From the NCBI GenBank assembly GCA_963736115.1, contig CAVTNR010000010.1, positions 1 through 64,000 on the forward strand: 64,000 bases of DNA. Reading direction: 5' to 3'. The notes under the pieces were generated by a model. The model saw only the letters and a list, made by a program, of their open reading frames with translations. It made no database searches and was not told the DNA's origin. The stretch comes from an uncultured bacterium (GTDB taxonomy: Bacteria > Zhuqueibacterota > QNDG01 > DTFT01). Each line of letters opens with the position of its first letter. The first letter of the stretch is position 1. This document shows, piece after piece, positions 38,157 to 48,221 of the stretch. A program made the position numbers and the translations under genes.

Positions 38157-39962
38157 TTAAAACTCTTTTTTCACCAGGTCTAAAACATTCTGATACTCCC
38201 AGTGAATACCCCCGTCCCTGGTTCTCAGAATTCCACCATTGTTCCCAACAGCCCATCCTTTCTCTCCGATAAACTGTGCATCGATTATGGTTTCAAGTGT
38301 GTTGGCCTGTATTAAACGCCATGTCGCTCCACGATCGTCCGTCCTATGGATGGTTCCCTCAGCGCCGAATGCACAACCGTGGTCCGGATCCGAGAAGTCG
38401 ATGCGCTTCGCAGTACCCGGGGGCAAAGCCCGTTTTTCCCAAGACTCTCCCAGATCGGGCGTGAAATAGATTGAATCCTGCCCGACAACCCAAAGAGCAT
38501 TTACATTCAGAATGTGAAGATTCCCCCACAACCCCCAATTGTTCCAGGTCTGCCCCTGATCCGTCGAATGGGCCAGGCCGTGACGGGTAGACCTCCAAAT
38601 ATTGCTGGTGTCCATCGCGAAATACTCGTACGCGTGAATATTATCCTTGTACAGATAATCCCAGGTCTTGCCGGAATCGCGGGTCGCTGAAATCGCACCG
38701 CCATTCATGTCCCAGGCCGTGATGACTCCGACCTTTTCGCCGCTGAACCGGAGATCTCGGATATCCTTTTTGCTGGGAATCGACTGAGACGACCAGGTCT
38801 CCCCGCCATCGGTCGTGTGTAGAACGAGACCGTTGCCACCCCCGATCCAGCCGTTCAATGAATCCGTAAAATGAATGACATTGAAGCTGTTCGATCGATT
38901 CGTGCGCTGCATGGATGTCGTCATTCTTTTCAGGAAATCCCCTTTTAGGTATGTTTTGATGTTCCCGTAATCCCAGCGGTCTCCCCCGTCCGATGTTTTA
39001 AGAATGATCCCGTCCTCTCCGACGATCCACCCGTGTAGACCGTCCGGCAGAAAAAAGACGTCGTTCAGAACTGTAGACCCGAGCAAGAGGAATTCGGGAT
39101 CACTGCAGGTGACACCTCCTGTTTTGGAGATCGCATAGAACTGATTCGCTTTCGCCCGGATGGACATGGTATACTTTGCTGTTTTTGTCGCGGTCCTTGT
39201 ATCGTAGAAAAGATTGTATATTCCAGGCTTGACAAAAAAGATCTTTTCTATGTCTTCCTTGATATAATTGTATACGACGTCGTATCCTTCATCCGTTCTT
39301 CCGGTCAATGCGAACTCCGTTACACCGGGAAAATTCACCAGAATGCCCGTCAGTTTTGCACCACTCAGTTTTGGGCCTGCATAAAGGTGGGTGCAATAAG
39401 AAGGATACGGTACAATGCTGATCAACTCTTCGCCACCCACCTTACGACCGCTAACGATGTCGGAACAGAGGGAGTCCTTCTTGATTTCAAAAAAAACAAG
39501 TCCCGTATCGCAGGTTCCTCCTGTACGAAGTTTCGATTTATTCTCAACGACTTCGACGAATCTACGGTCGTTGAACACGATTCTCCTCTTGAGTGTATCC
39601 GAATAATTGAGCGTTAATCCTTTTACTTTATACGCTTTTCCCGTCTCAACGGAAAACTCCAAAATTTTCAACTGTTCACTCTGCCCATTGACAGATCTGT
39701 CATCGGCCGATCGATACGGCGCTTTAAACTGAATAACGGCTGTGTGATTCCCTCCCAACACGGCGAATTTTCCCGCTTCCAGATCAACTTCTTTCCCGTC
39801 GATCTCAATAAGTCGAAAATAGGGATCGTCCAGTTTGAGGGAAGCCTCCAGAGTCTCCTGGCCGATAACCGGCGAGAATGGCAGAACGAAAAAACCAATC
39901 AAGGGTATCAGGACGGCTATTACCTGATTCCGGATTACACGGGACCTATTCGGCATACGCAT
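38157..39962 (-). CDS. Secreted protein with YCF48/BNR-repeat beta-propeller
   Basis: Repeated GWIVG..G.IL.T.DGG..W units. Confidence 0.85.
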   Translation of the reverse strand: MRMPNRSRVIRNQVIAVLIPLIGFFVLPFSPVIGQETLEASLKLDDPYFRLIEIDGKEVDLEAGKFAVLGGNHTAVIQFKAPYRSADDRSVNGQSEQLKILEFSVETGKAYKVKGLTLNYSDTLKRRIVFNDRRFVEVVENKSKLRTGGTCDTGLVFFEIKKDSLCSDIVSGRKVGGEELISIVPYPSYCTHLYAGPKLSGAKLTGILVNFPGVTEFALTGRTDEGYDVVYNYIKEDIEKIFFVKPGIYNLFYDTRTATKTAKYTMSIRAKANQFYAISKTGGVTCSDPEFLLLGSTVLNDVFFLPDGLHGWIVGEDGIILKTSDGGDRWDYGNIKTYLKGDFLKRMTTSMQRTNRSNSFNVIHFTDSLNGWIGGGNGLVLHTTDGGETWSSQSIPSKKDIRDLRFSGEKVGVITAWDMNGGAISATRDSGKTWDYLYKDNIHAYEYFAMDTSNIWRSTRHGLAHSTDQGQTWNNWGLWGNLHILNVNALWVVGQDSIYFTPDLGESWEKRALPPGTAKRIDFSDPDHGCAFGAEGTIHRTDDRGATWRLIQANTLETIIDAQFIGEKGWAVGNNGGILRTRDGGIHWEYQNVLDLVKKEF

Positions 39963-40102
39963 AAAGCACCTCCTCGATTGATTCCAACCTTTTTGACTTC
40001 ACTGTTGATGTCCAGCCTTGAGCGCAGTTTCATTGGTCTTCCGCTCTGTGGGAGGAATCTCCGGTTCCTACAATTGCCGTTCATCCCCTGATAAAAACTC
40101 CT

Positions 40103-40216
40103 GATCGCCCCAGGGCTCAGCCCTGGGGCGAAATTAATATCGGGGCTCCGCCCCAATCAGACGGATGAAGGAGTCCTCCTTGTTCATCTGCACCAGGGCA
40201 GAACCCTGGGGCGATC
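40103..40216. repeat. CCCCAGGG palindrome family repeat (40103-40174 nearly identical to 37926-37997)
   Basis: GATCGCCCCAGGGCTCAGCCCTGGGGCG...GGGGCTCCGCCCC...GACGGATGAAGGAGT. Confidence 0.85.
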
Positions 40217-40316
40217 AGGGACAGGATGGAATTTAAGATCCTTGGTGTTGAAACGGTTCACTTCCACCGTCAGCCTTCATCGACGATGAATACTTGAGAC
40301 AGCTCCGAGTCAAAGA

Positions 40317-40670
40317 TCATCTCTTCGCAGCGGTCCATGTCCCCTGAACCGCACCGTTCCGGAAGGTCCCATTTGCGGATTTACTGCTCGTAAAATATCC
40401 GGTCATCTGAAAATTACCGGTCGAATAAGTGAACGCGTTGTCTTCGATTGGACTGATCATGCTGGAGGTGTAAGTACCGGGCGGTAGGTTGATTTGCCGT
40501 ATCCAATTGTCTTCCACTTTAAAATAGAAGATGTCATTCGAACTTGTCCGGCCGTCCCAGGTCCCATTGATCCGATAATTCCCCTCAGACCCGGTCGCGT
40601 TTTTCTCACTGCATCCCGGAATGAAACCAGTCGCCGCAACGATAAGAAAGAGTGTCAATAATTGTCTCAT
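40317..40670 (-). CDS. Small lipoprotein
   Basis: Lipobox-like IPGC after a hydrophobic stretch. Confidence 0.7.
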   Translation of the reverse strand: MRQLLTLFLIVAATGFIPGCSEKNATGSEGNYRINGTWDGRTSSNDIFYFKVEDNWIRQINLPPGTYTSSMISPIEDNAFTYSTGNFQMTGYFTSSKSANGTFRNGAVQGTWTAAKR

Positions 40671-40851
40671 TGGAACTCCATTGGATTTAACTCGAGTATG
40701 ATCATCAATCTGTATTCCTCCCATCGGAAATATCTTCCAAACCCCCGCTACTAGCTTTTAAACGCAAAATTTCATGCTTTCCCGGCCACTCGTCTGGATT
40801 ATGTGCGTACTTTTCAGTGGGTGGAGCCCTCCATGACCACCGCGGGAATAG

Positions 40852-41565
40852 TCAAATAGTTTGATCCCTGACAAGACGGACCGAAAAACCGTACCGCTCA
40901 TAGTTATCGAACTGGCGTGCGTCCGAAAAGTCGTAGTACAGGAACACGCTCCAGGCGTAATTGGAGGCTTTTTCCGATGAGGACCAGAAGTAGGCGTAGC
41001 CGCCGATACCGTAGAAGTTCCCATCGTAGTTACGGTAGCTGGCCGGAAGCGCGGAAAAGCCGCTTACGTTTGTCGCTCCTGCATTCGGGCTGTTCCAATG
41101 CGTTATTCCAGCTTCCTTCATTTTTCCACCCGCAACAAATGACCCACCAAGATAATTGATCAGAGTCTGCCATTCCGCGTCCGTCGGTACATGCCAGCCC
41201 GCAGGCGCGATATTCCGGCTGTCCGTGACAGCAAACCAATTGTACAATCGGCCATATGTGGAAACAAAACTGGAATCATTACCAATATTGTAGTACGCAC
41301 CGGTTGTCAGTGCTGCCCATACCGAGCCATCCGTAACATTGGGGATCGGGTCTCCATTTCTGTACTTTGTCACTTTTAAATTCTCGACAGTCCAAACCTG
41401 CGTGCCGATGGTCACCGTGTGGTATACATTGCCGTCTATGTCCGTCACAGTGAGATCAGTTTCTATCTCTTTCCCTGGTTCTGTTCCCCCGGATTTAGAA
41501 TCGCACCCTTGCAGTGCTATGAGACCGACGGCCGCTACGATCGCTAAAATCATTCTGTTCGACAT
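40852..41565 (-). CDS. FISUMP / Fibrobacter succinogenes major paralogous domain lipoprotein
   Basis: TDIDGNVY.TV.IG.QVW..ENL, YGRLYNW, P.GWHVPT..EW, GFSVRLVRD. Confidence 0.92.
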   Translation of the reverse strand: MSNRMILAIVAAVGLIALQGCDSKSGGTEPGKEIETDLTVTDIDGNVYHTVTIGTQVWTVENLKVTKYRNGDPIPNVTDGSVWAALTTGAYYNIGNDSSFVSTYGRLYNWFAVTDSRNIAPAGWHVPTDAEWQTLINYLGGSFVAGGKMKEAGITHWNSPNAGATNVSGFSALPASYRNYDGNFYGIGGYAYFWSSSEKASNYAWSVFLYYDFSDARQFDNYERYGFSVRLVRDQTI

Positions 41566-41589
41566 CAGAATCCCTCCTTCTGTGGAGAC

Positions 41590-43125
41590 TTATTTTCTTT
41601 TTATTTCATAAATCCCTTTTGAATCCCACGCGATAAAATGATTAGCATCAACCCATCCAAGAATATTCGTGATTCCGAGCTCTTTATTGTCGGGTATATG
41701 CATATCCGGCACCGGCCCAAGTTTTCCCTCCACGTCATCCGGCTGGATATATAGTCTTGAAGAGAAACCAATTTTATACACGGGGATTTCAACTATCGCT
41801 CCGCCCAATCCTGGCATTTTCTGTACCTCAAAAGGCACTGCTATTAACTTGACCAAACCGGATTTTTCTTGAACTGTTTCAGCCAATTCTTTTCCACTTG
41901 GTATCGTTTGTATATGCGTGATTCGTTCACCATTGAAGAAGAAGATACCCGGAAGAACCCGTCTTATGTTATTCGTCGCCTCAACCCGGAGAAGGGATAT
42001 CGAGAGTAAAATGCAGTCGCAATTCGGCCGCAGGTAGGCCATGCTTTCGAGCTTAAATTGGTTGTAGTCTCCACGATCGTGCACGAAGTCAGGGAGCTCC
42101 TTCACATTATTGACGATATTCTTCCATCGGCCTCGGACATAGGCCATCCATGGCTTTCGATAACCTTCTGAAAAGTTCCCCTGATCGAGCTGTACCATGA
42201 AATGGTCCGAATCCCCAGGTCGGTATTCAATGATGGAACCGACTTGATATTCCGGGAACAGAGGGTGCTTGTCTTCATCGGTCAAAACGGGCTGGACAGT
42301 GTCACGGATGATTCGGCACAATGCTTCCTTGTAGGTCGCTCCGGCAACCTTGAAAATTACCAAGGTCGTATCCCCGTAGAATGCGGGTGTTCCCTTGATA
42401 CCTTTAACAGTTACACCGGGCATACCGGGAAGCGTATCTTCGCTAAAAATCATGGGCTTCAACGTCTTACCGTCATGGAGAAAATAACCGTCAACTTTTT
42501 TCCCAAACCTTTTCCCCGAAACATGAATGAATGCATCACCGTTGTTGGCAATGAACAAATCAGAAGCTTTATCAACCAAAAACTCCTCTCCAGAGGGTAG
42601 TGTGATTGACTCTTCCTCCCCGATGAGATGGAATATACGGTCGCCATCCCATGCATAAATGCTCTTTCCTAGTCCCCATTCCCGGTTGGACCAGTACACG
42701 GTCTCTCGTCCTCCTTTAACACGGTCCTCACTGCTGATCCAATACCGTATATTGATCTCCTTACCGTTCGGGGCTAGAAACGATTCTCCACCGACAAAAA
42801 GCCGTTGGATCCTTCCATTGTGAAAAATATAATATGCCCATTTTTTCCCTTCATCGGCGAACCTTCCCCAGAAACCGATCATTCCATTCTCGACCCAGTC
42901 AAGATGCCTGATCTCCTGAAGTGCGCCTCCTTCAGGCAGAGTATCATTGAGTTGGAGATAAGGCGTTACAATCCATTCACCGTCAATGTTATAAAGTTCA
43001 GAATCCCTTCCGCTGTATTCCTTGGAATAACTAATGTTTACTGAGATTTCAAGGAGAAAGACGAACACGGAGATGACGGTCAGCCGCATGGATTGACTAC
43101 TGAAAATAAAACGATGGGTTTTCAT
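41590..43125 (-). CDS. Hypothetical exported protein, AT-rich
   Basis: 511-aa ORF, GGAGG RBS, signal-like N-terminus. Confidence 0.75.
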   Translation of the reverse strand: MKTHRFIFSSQSMRLTVISVFVFLLEISVNISYSKEYSGRDSELYNIDGEWIVTPYLQLNDTLPEGGALQEIRHLDWVENGMIGFWGRFADEGKKWAYYIFHNGRIQRLFVGGESFLAPNGKEINIRYWISSEDRVKGGRETVYWSNREWGLGKSIYAWDGDRIFHLIGEEESITLPSGEEFLVDKASDLFIANNGDAFIHVSGKRFGKKVDGYFLHDGKTLKPMIFSEDTLPGMPGVTVKGIKGTPAFYGDTTLVIFKVAGATYKEALCRIIRDTVQPVLTDEDKHPLFPEYQVGSIIEYRPGDSDHFMVQLDQGNFSEGYRKPWMAYVRGRWKNIVNNVKELPDFVHDRGDYNQFKLESMAYLRPNCDCILLSISLLRVEATNNIRRVLPGIFFFNGERITHIQTIPSGKELAETVQEKSGLVKLIAVPFEVQKMPGLGGAIVEIPVYKIGFSSRLYIQPDDVEGKLGPVPDMHIPDNKELGITNILGWVDANHFIAWDSKGIYEIKRK

Positions 43126-43334
43126 CGAGCGACCTCCCTTTTTAATATTACGAACAGTAATATTGGAATATCGGATTATTGATCAAAAGTTGGTATTTAT
43201 AAATATTCGTGACCAAAATATGCACAAATCTATACAAAAATATGCTAAAATATACTAAATATCAAATAGAATCTTTAGAAAATAAAAAAGCCACAAATAC
43301 AATCTTTCATTGTATTTGCGGCCTTTGTGTTCCG

Positions 43335-43408
43335 TGGAGCTGAACGGGATCGAACCGTCGACCTTCTGACTGCCAGTCAGACGCTCTCCCAAACTGAGCT
43401 ACAGCCCC
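43335..43408 (-). tRNA. tRNA-Ala(GGC)
   Basis: GGGGCTGTAGCTCAG...TCTGA CTGGCAG TCAGA...GGTTCGATCCC...CAGCTCCA; G3:U70 pair. Confidence 0.97.
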
Positions 43409-43484
43409 AAAAGCTGTTAATTATAACAAATTTCGGGTCGAAAAGCAAGGACTTTTCAGCCTGCCTGGTGGCCGTTAGATGCTG

Positions 43485-43602
43485 AGATTGCCACGCCCTG
43501 CTCAGGCTTCCTGAGCAGGGCTCGCAATGACATCTATTTACTATCAACCGGTAGCCGCGGCCTTTTGGCCGCGTAAAATCGCAGGCTAAAGCCTGCGGCT
43601 AC
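43485..43602. repeat. REP-like repeats (GAGATTGCCAC...CTCGCAATGAC and a GTAG doublet)
   Basis: GTAGCCGCGGCCTTTTGGCCGCG ... CGCAGGCTAAAGCCTGCGGCTAC at 43551-43602. Confidence 0.7.
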
Positions 43603-43643
43603 CCAAAATTCGAATTTTGTAAGTTCAATTTAATCAACTATTT

Positions 43644-45419
43644 TTACCGCACAACCGCCATCTTTCCCTTGGCTACGATGTCGCTTCCGTCGAGCAGGAC
43701 ATACATATAAACCCCGGAGGCAATGAGGTTGCCCTGGGTATTCCTGCCGTTCCACTGGATTCGATAGACATGGCCGTCCTTGACATCCCACTTGTCAAAC
43801 ACCGGAGACACGTCCAGACCCGAAGAGGATACAGTCGCGTACTGAACGTCCGCGACCCTGAATCCCGCGGCAGTGAACACCAGCAGGCGGACGGGCCTGG
43901 CAACGGATGCGTCGGTTATGAAGGGGATGGTGAGCCGGTTCAATCCGTCCGGGTTGAAGGGATTGGGATAGCAGTCGGGCACATGGCCCGAGTCCGGGCC
44001 TGCCGCGCTTCCATCCAGTTCCAAAGTGCGGACCGCGCCTGCATGGGGCTGAACCGTGGCATAGGCCAGCCAGGCGGCCTCGTCCTGGACGGAAATGTCC
44101 GCGTACAGGCCATCGTCGATCTGTGTGCTCCCATTCGTGCGGTTGCGGGTCAGGCTGAGGGTCACGGGATCGGAGGAGATGCTCTGGGAATACCGGAGAT
44201 TTGCCAGGCTGAAGAGATAGGCGTCGCCGGCGAGGTTTTCGAATGTGTAGTAGCGGCAGCCCGTGGTCGCAACCGTCGCGTTCACGGTCATGCCCTCGCC
44301 GTTGAGGTCGTATTCCCTGTCCGGCGTGATTTCGGGATACGCATGGCCCTCGGAGTAGAAATGGACCGTGTCCGCGCGCGAGCCGGTGCGCGTATTCCAC
44401 GCGTAGAACAAGCCGAGCTCTTCGTCAAAACGTTTTCCATAATCGCGCAGGACCAGGTCGCAGGCGTCGATGTCGGCCGTCATCTCGGCCAGTTCTTCCC
44501 ATATTCCGGCCGCGAAACGAGGCGTCCCCAGCCGTTTCTGAATAAAATGGAACCAGACGCAGAGCCCGTATTCCCGCCAGCCGTCCGCGGTGTCGAACCG
44601 CCGGTTGCTGTACTGGAAAAAATCGTCAAGGTAATAGTAATAATCATTGATGCCGTCATACGCCATATCCTCGATCCAGGTGGCATTGGCCTCGTACAGG
44701 AAGAGACTCCGGGTATAGTCGTAGATGTAAGCGAGATGGCACATGTGCGTGAACTCATGCGCCACCGTGACGCGCAGGGCGTCGAGTCCCTTGGTTTCGG
44801 TACGCGTGAAATTACAGTCAATGCTCATAAATGAAGTCCAGATGTCCGGGTCTATGCCGATCTGGGTCTCAGGCGTGGTGACGCCGTATTCGCCGCCCAT
44901 GTCCACGCAATAGCAGTCCCATTCCGGAGCGGTTTCGGAATCCGCCGGCGGCGGACGAAAGCCGAGCTGTCCCACGACGACTGAATACGAGTGATCCAGA
45001 CTGCGGCAGGCTTCCTCCGGGAAGTCGGGGATGCCGTTGCGGTCCGTGTCGTCCGCGGGCACCGCGGAGGAACCGGTGGTCGCGTAATGCACGCGGAACC
45101 GGCCGCTCGCGCTGACCAGAGAATACGGCAGGGACGGCCTCGTGTCGAGAATGGACAAGACACTTCTCTGTTCCTCCGTGAACTCGTGCCTGTGGGCACG
45201 CACCGCGGACACGGTCTGGAATCCGCATTTTTGCGAGCGGGTCCGGACCTGCCTGAGCGAATCCGGAAGCCGGCCGGGATCGGCGATGCGGACCGCGTCC
45301 CAGTACAGGGCCTGGCGGGCGCTCTCGGACAGGGGCTGGAGGGCTTTCCTGCCGTCCGCGGATGCGGTTTGGACCAGGCCGGTCAGGAGGAGGAGAATGA
45401 TTCCGGGTTTGAATCGCAT
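43644..45419 (-). CDS. Secreted metalloprotease (MXAN_6640-like) with C-terminal Ig/sorting domain
   Basis: KCG cysteine-switch-like motif, FRVHY, TVAHEFTH, EANATWIED, YPNPFN. Confidence 0.8.
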   Translation of the reverse strand: MRFKPGIILLLLTGLVQTASADGRKALQPLSESARQALYWDAVRIADPGRLPDSLRQVRTRSQKCGFQTVSAVRAHRHEFTEEQRSVLSILDTRPSLPYSLVSASGRFRVHYATTGSSAVPADDTDRNGIPDFPEEACRSLDHSYSVVVGQLGFRPPPADSETAPEWDCYCVDMGGEYGVTTPETQIGIDPDIWTSFMSIDCNFTRTETKGLDALRVTVAHEFTHMCHLAYIYDYTRSLFLYEANATWIEDMAYDGINDYYYYLDDFFQYSNRRFDTADGWREYGLCVWFHFIQKRLGTPRFAAGIWEELAEMTADIDACDLVLRDYGKRFDEELGLFYAWNTRTGSRADTVHFYSEGHAYPEITPDREYDLNGEGMTVNATVATTGCRYYTFENLAGDAYLFSLANLRYSQSISSDPVTLSLTRNRTNGSTQIDDGLYADISVQDEAAWLAYATVQPHAGAVRTLELDGSAAGPDSGHVPDCYPNPFNPDGLNRLTIPFITDASVARPVRLLVFTAAGFRVADVQYATVSSSGLDVSPVFDKWDVKDGHVYRIQWNGRNTQGNLIASGVYMYVLLDGSDIVAKGKMAVVR

Positions 45420-45466
45420 CGGGTTTTTCCGTTGGTCTTTTATAAGGCCCTTCTGCCCCACCACCC

Positions 45467-45543
45467 CTGGATTCCCGCCAGAAAAACGCGGGAATGACAT
45501 CCGGTAGTATTACCTGGATCCCCGCTTAAAAAACGCGGGGATG
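45467..45543. repeat. Two dRS3/RPE-like palindromes
   Basis: TGGATTCCCGC-N8-GCGGGAATGAC and TGGATCCCCGC-N9-GCGGGGATGA. Confidence 0.65.
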
Positions 45544-45564
45544 AATGATCCGCAAGCGGATCAT

Positions 45565-46920
45565 TCACTTCTTCCGGAACGAAAACGTCAGCGGCACACC
45601 CATGAACCCGAACTCCTTGCGTATGCGGTTCTCCAGAAACCGCTGGTAGCTTTCCTGAATCAGCTCCGGGTGGTTCGAGAAGAACGCGAACACGGGCGGG
45701 TTCGTGGCCGCCTGGGTGCAGTAATTCACGTGCACGCGCCTGCCCAGCACGGCCGGCGGCTGGAACTCCGCGTTCACCCGCTCGAGAAAGCGGTTGAGTT
45801 CCGGCGACGAAATGCGCTTGCGCCTCTCCTGCGCGGCCTGCCAGGCCGCGTCGAGCACTTTGCCCGTTCCGCGTCCGTTCATGGAAGACAGAAAGATCAC
45901 GGGCACGTATTCCAGGCCCTGGAGCTTGATCTCCATGCCGTTCTCGATGACGGAGCGGTGATCGTCGTCCTTTTCCGCGAGATCCCATTTGTTCATGGCC
46001 AGAACCACGGCCTTTCGGCCGTCGACCGCCTGGCGCAGAACCTGCAGGTCCTGCTGGGTGAGGCCCTCGCCGGCCTCGGCCATGATGCAGGCGACATCGC
46101 ACTGCTCGATGACGCGCTTGGAGCGGAGCACGCTGTAGTACTCGACGCCGTCCTCGACATGGCTCTGCCGCCGCATGCCCGCCGTGTCGATGAGCAGGAA
46201 TTCGCGCCCCCTGCGGCTGAACCGGATGTCGACCGGGTCGCGCGTCGTGCCGGGAATCTCGGACACGAGCATGCGCTCGCGGCCCAGAACCGCGTTGACG
46301 AAGGTCGACTTGCCCACATTGGGCCTGCCGACCACGGCCAGCCGGACCACGTTGCCGGTCCCGGCCTGCGGCTCCGCGGCCGTCTCGGGCCCGAGCATTT
46401 CAACGACACGGGCCAGCAGGTCTCCCGTGCTGGTTCCCGAAGCGGCCGAGACCGGCATTGCTTCGCCGAGCCCGAGCCGGATGAACTCCGCCGCGTCCGG
46501 CAGACGGCCCGCGTGGTCGGTCTTGTTGGCCGCGACGATCACCGGTTTGCCGCTCCTCAACAGAATACGGCCGATTTCCGCGTCCACGTCGGTGATGCCC
46601 GTGGTGACGTCGCACACGAAAACAACGACATCCGCCTCCTCGATGGCCAGCCGGACCTGACGGGAGACGCCCTCCTCGATGGAATCCGCGCCTTTCGGAA
46701 TGTAGCCGCCCGTATCGACCAGCACGAAGGAACGGCCCTGCCACTCCGCTTCCGCGGCCTTGCGGTCACGCGTGATTCCGGGCGCGTCGTCGACGATGGC
46801 CTCGCGCCTGCGGACGAGACGGTTGAACAGCGTGGATTTGCCCACATTGGCCCGGCCGATGATCACGACCACGGGCAGGTCGCCGGGCAGGGACGGCATT
46901 TTCAGTGCTTCGCGCTTCAT
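45565..46920 (-). CDS. der: Ribosome biogenesis GTPase Der
   Basis: Two G domains: GRANVGKS/DTGG/NKTD and GRPNVGKS/DTAG/NKWD; KH-like tail. Confidence 0.97.
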   Translation of the reverse strand: MKREALKMPSLPGDLPVVVIIGRANVGKSTLFNRLVRRREAIVDDAPGITRDRKAAEAEWQGRSFVLVDTGGYIPKGADSIEEGVSRQVRLAIEEADVVVFVCDVTTGITDVDAEIGRILLRSGKPVIVAANKTDHAGRLPDAAEFIRLGLGEAMPVSAASGTSTGDLLARVVEMLGPETAAEPQAGTGNVVRLAVVGRPNVGKSTFVNAVLGRERMLVSEIPGTTRDPVDIRFSRRGREFLLIDTAGMRRQSHVEDGVEYYSVLRSKRVIEQCDVACIMAEAGEGLTQQDLQVLRQAVDGRKAVVLAMNKWDLAEKDDDHRSVIENGMEIKLQGLEYVPVIFLSSMNGRGTGKVLDAAWQAAQERRKRISSPELNRFLERVNAEFQPPAVLGRRVHVNYCTQAATNPPVFAFFSNHPELIQESYQRFLENRIRKEFGFMGVPLTFSFRKK

Positions 46921-48221
46921 GATGCCGCCTCCGCGGTTCTCAGTTCCGTGAAAGATTCCAAAATACGCACCGGACGCGCCAGCCGGACGGACAGTTTCTC
47001 CGGCGTCCAGTCGTCGAGAAAGAGCCCGTCGCTGTTCAGGCAGTTGGACGGGAGAAGGACCGCGTCAAACGGCCGGGTTGAACGGAGGCCGGCCGCGATG
47101 TCCCGGCCGGTCAGAAGCCCGGAAACGGTCACGGAATCCCCGAAAAACCGGTTCCGCACGGCCGTGATGGAAAACGAAGCGTTCCGGATGCGGTTCAACA
47201 CGGGCAGGAGTTGCGCCTCGAGCACGGGCGCCGCGAGCGTACCGGTGACCACCCTGAACCGGGTGCGCCTGGGGAACGAGACGGGCAGGCGGCGCTTGTT
47301 GCGTGAAAAATCCGAAAGCAGGGATCGCACCATGCCGACACCGTTGTCCCTCTGCCAGTATTCCCTGTAATGCGAAACCGGCGGCACGGGCCTGCCGGCC
47401 AGCAGGTAGAATTCATCCGCCGCGTATACGAAGGACTCCCCGGTCTCGGTTCGGAAGCGCCTTTGCATGGGGCTGATCCGGTCGAGCAGGGCTTCAGAAG
47501 CGGCCGCGGTGACGGGATTCATTTTCGAGAGCGCCCGGCGGTGCCGGGTCAGGCCCACCGGAACCACGGCCACTGACCGGAAGGCCGGAAAAAAGCCGGC
47601 CAGCGCAGCCACAGTTTCATCAAGCACGGCGCCGTCATTGATGCCGGGACAGAGCACGACCTGGCCGTGCATCTCAATGCCCCGCTCCCCGAGAAAACGG
47701 ATCTTTTCAATGAGCCGGTCGTCCTTCCGCAGGCCGAGCAGGCGGCGCCGGACCTCGGGATCAGCCGCATGGACCGATACGTAAAGAGGAGACAGCCGCT
47801 GTTGCACGATACGCCGCAGGTCCTCTTCCCCGACCGCGGTGAGCGTGACGTAATTGCCGAAAAGGAAGGACAGGCGGTAGTCTTCGTCCTTGAAGGCCAG
47901 GCCGGGCCGGACGCCCGGCGGGTTCTGGTCCACGAAGCAGAACACGCAATTGTTGCCGCAGTGCCTGAAGCGCATCGGCGCGAATTGAAGCCCGAAGGTC
48001 TCGGCGTCCCCGTCGGTTATCGTGACCCGGAGTTTCCCCCCGGCGCGTTCGAAAACACAGTCGGTCGTTCCATCCGCGGAATGGAAACGGAAATCGAGCA
48101 GGTCGGCCGCCGGCCGGCCGTTCACCGACGCCAGCGTATCGCCGCGCCGAAGGCCGGCCGCGGACGCGGGACTGCCGGGCCGAATGGACTCAATCCTTGG
48201 GCGGTCGGCACTTTTCGACAC
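46917..48221 (-). CDS. DUF512 radical SAM protein with PDZ-like N-terminus
   Basis: CGNNCVFCFVDQNP, KDEDYRLSFL.GNY.TLT, VPVGLT, ADEFY. Confidence 0.92.
   Translation of the reverse strand: MSKSADRPRIESIRPGSPASAAGLRRGDTLASVNGRPAADLLDFRFHSADGTTDCVFERAGGKLRVTITDGDAETFGLQFAPMRFRHCGNNCVFCFVDQNPPGVRPGLAFKDEDYRLSFLFGNYVTLTAVGEEDLRRIVQQRLSPLYVSVHAADPEVRRRLLGLRKDDRLIEKIRFLGERGIEMHGQVVLCPGINDGAVLDETVAALAGFFPAFRSVAVVPVGLTRHRRALSKMNPVTAAASEALLDRISPMQRRFRTETGESFVYAADEFYLLAGRPVPPVSHYREYWQRDNGVGMVRSLLSDFSRNKRRLPVSFPRRTRFRVVTGTLAAPVLEAQLLPVLNRIRNASFSITAVRNRFFGDSVTVSGLLTGRDIAAGLRSTRPFDAVLLPSNCLNSDGLFLDDWTPEKLSVRLARPVRILESFTELRTAEAAS

Noticed and set aside
40852-41565. DGR target (FISUMP C-terminus resembles variable-region folds)
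   Set aside because: No reverse transcriptase, Avd or second copy differing at adenines was seen in the window.
37800-43300. Integron cassette array
   Set aside because: No intI and no RYYYAAC...GTTRRRY attC structure recognised.
45541-47370. Long antisense ORFs (also 3018-4778, 6017-8206, 15523-16950, 51550-53331, and the alternative-frame ORF 57502-58980)
   Set aside because: Shadow ORFs of high-GC genes, overlapping well-supported proteins and lacking motifs.
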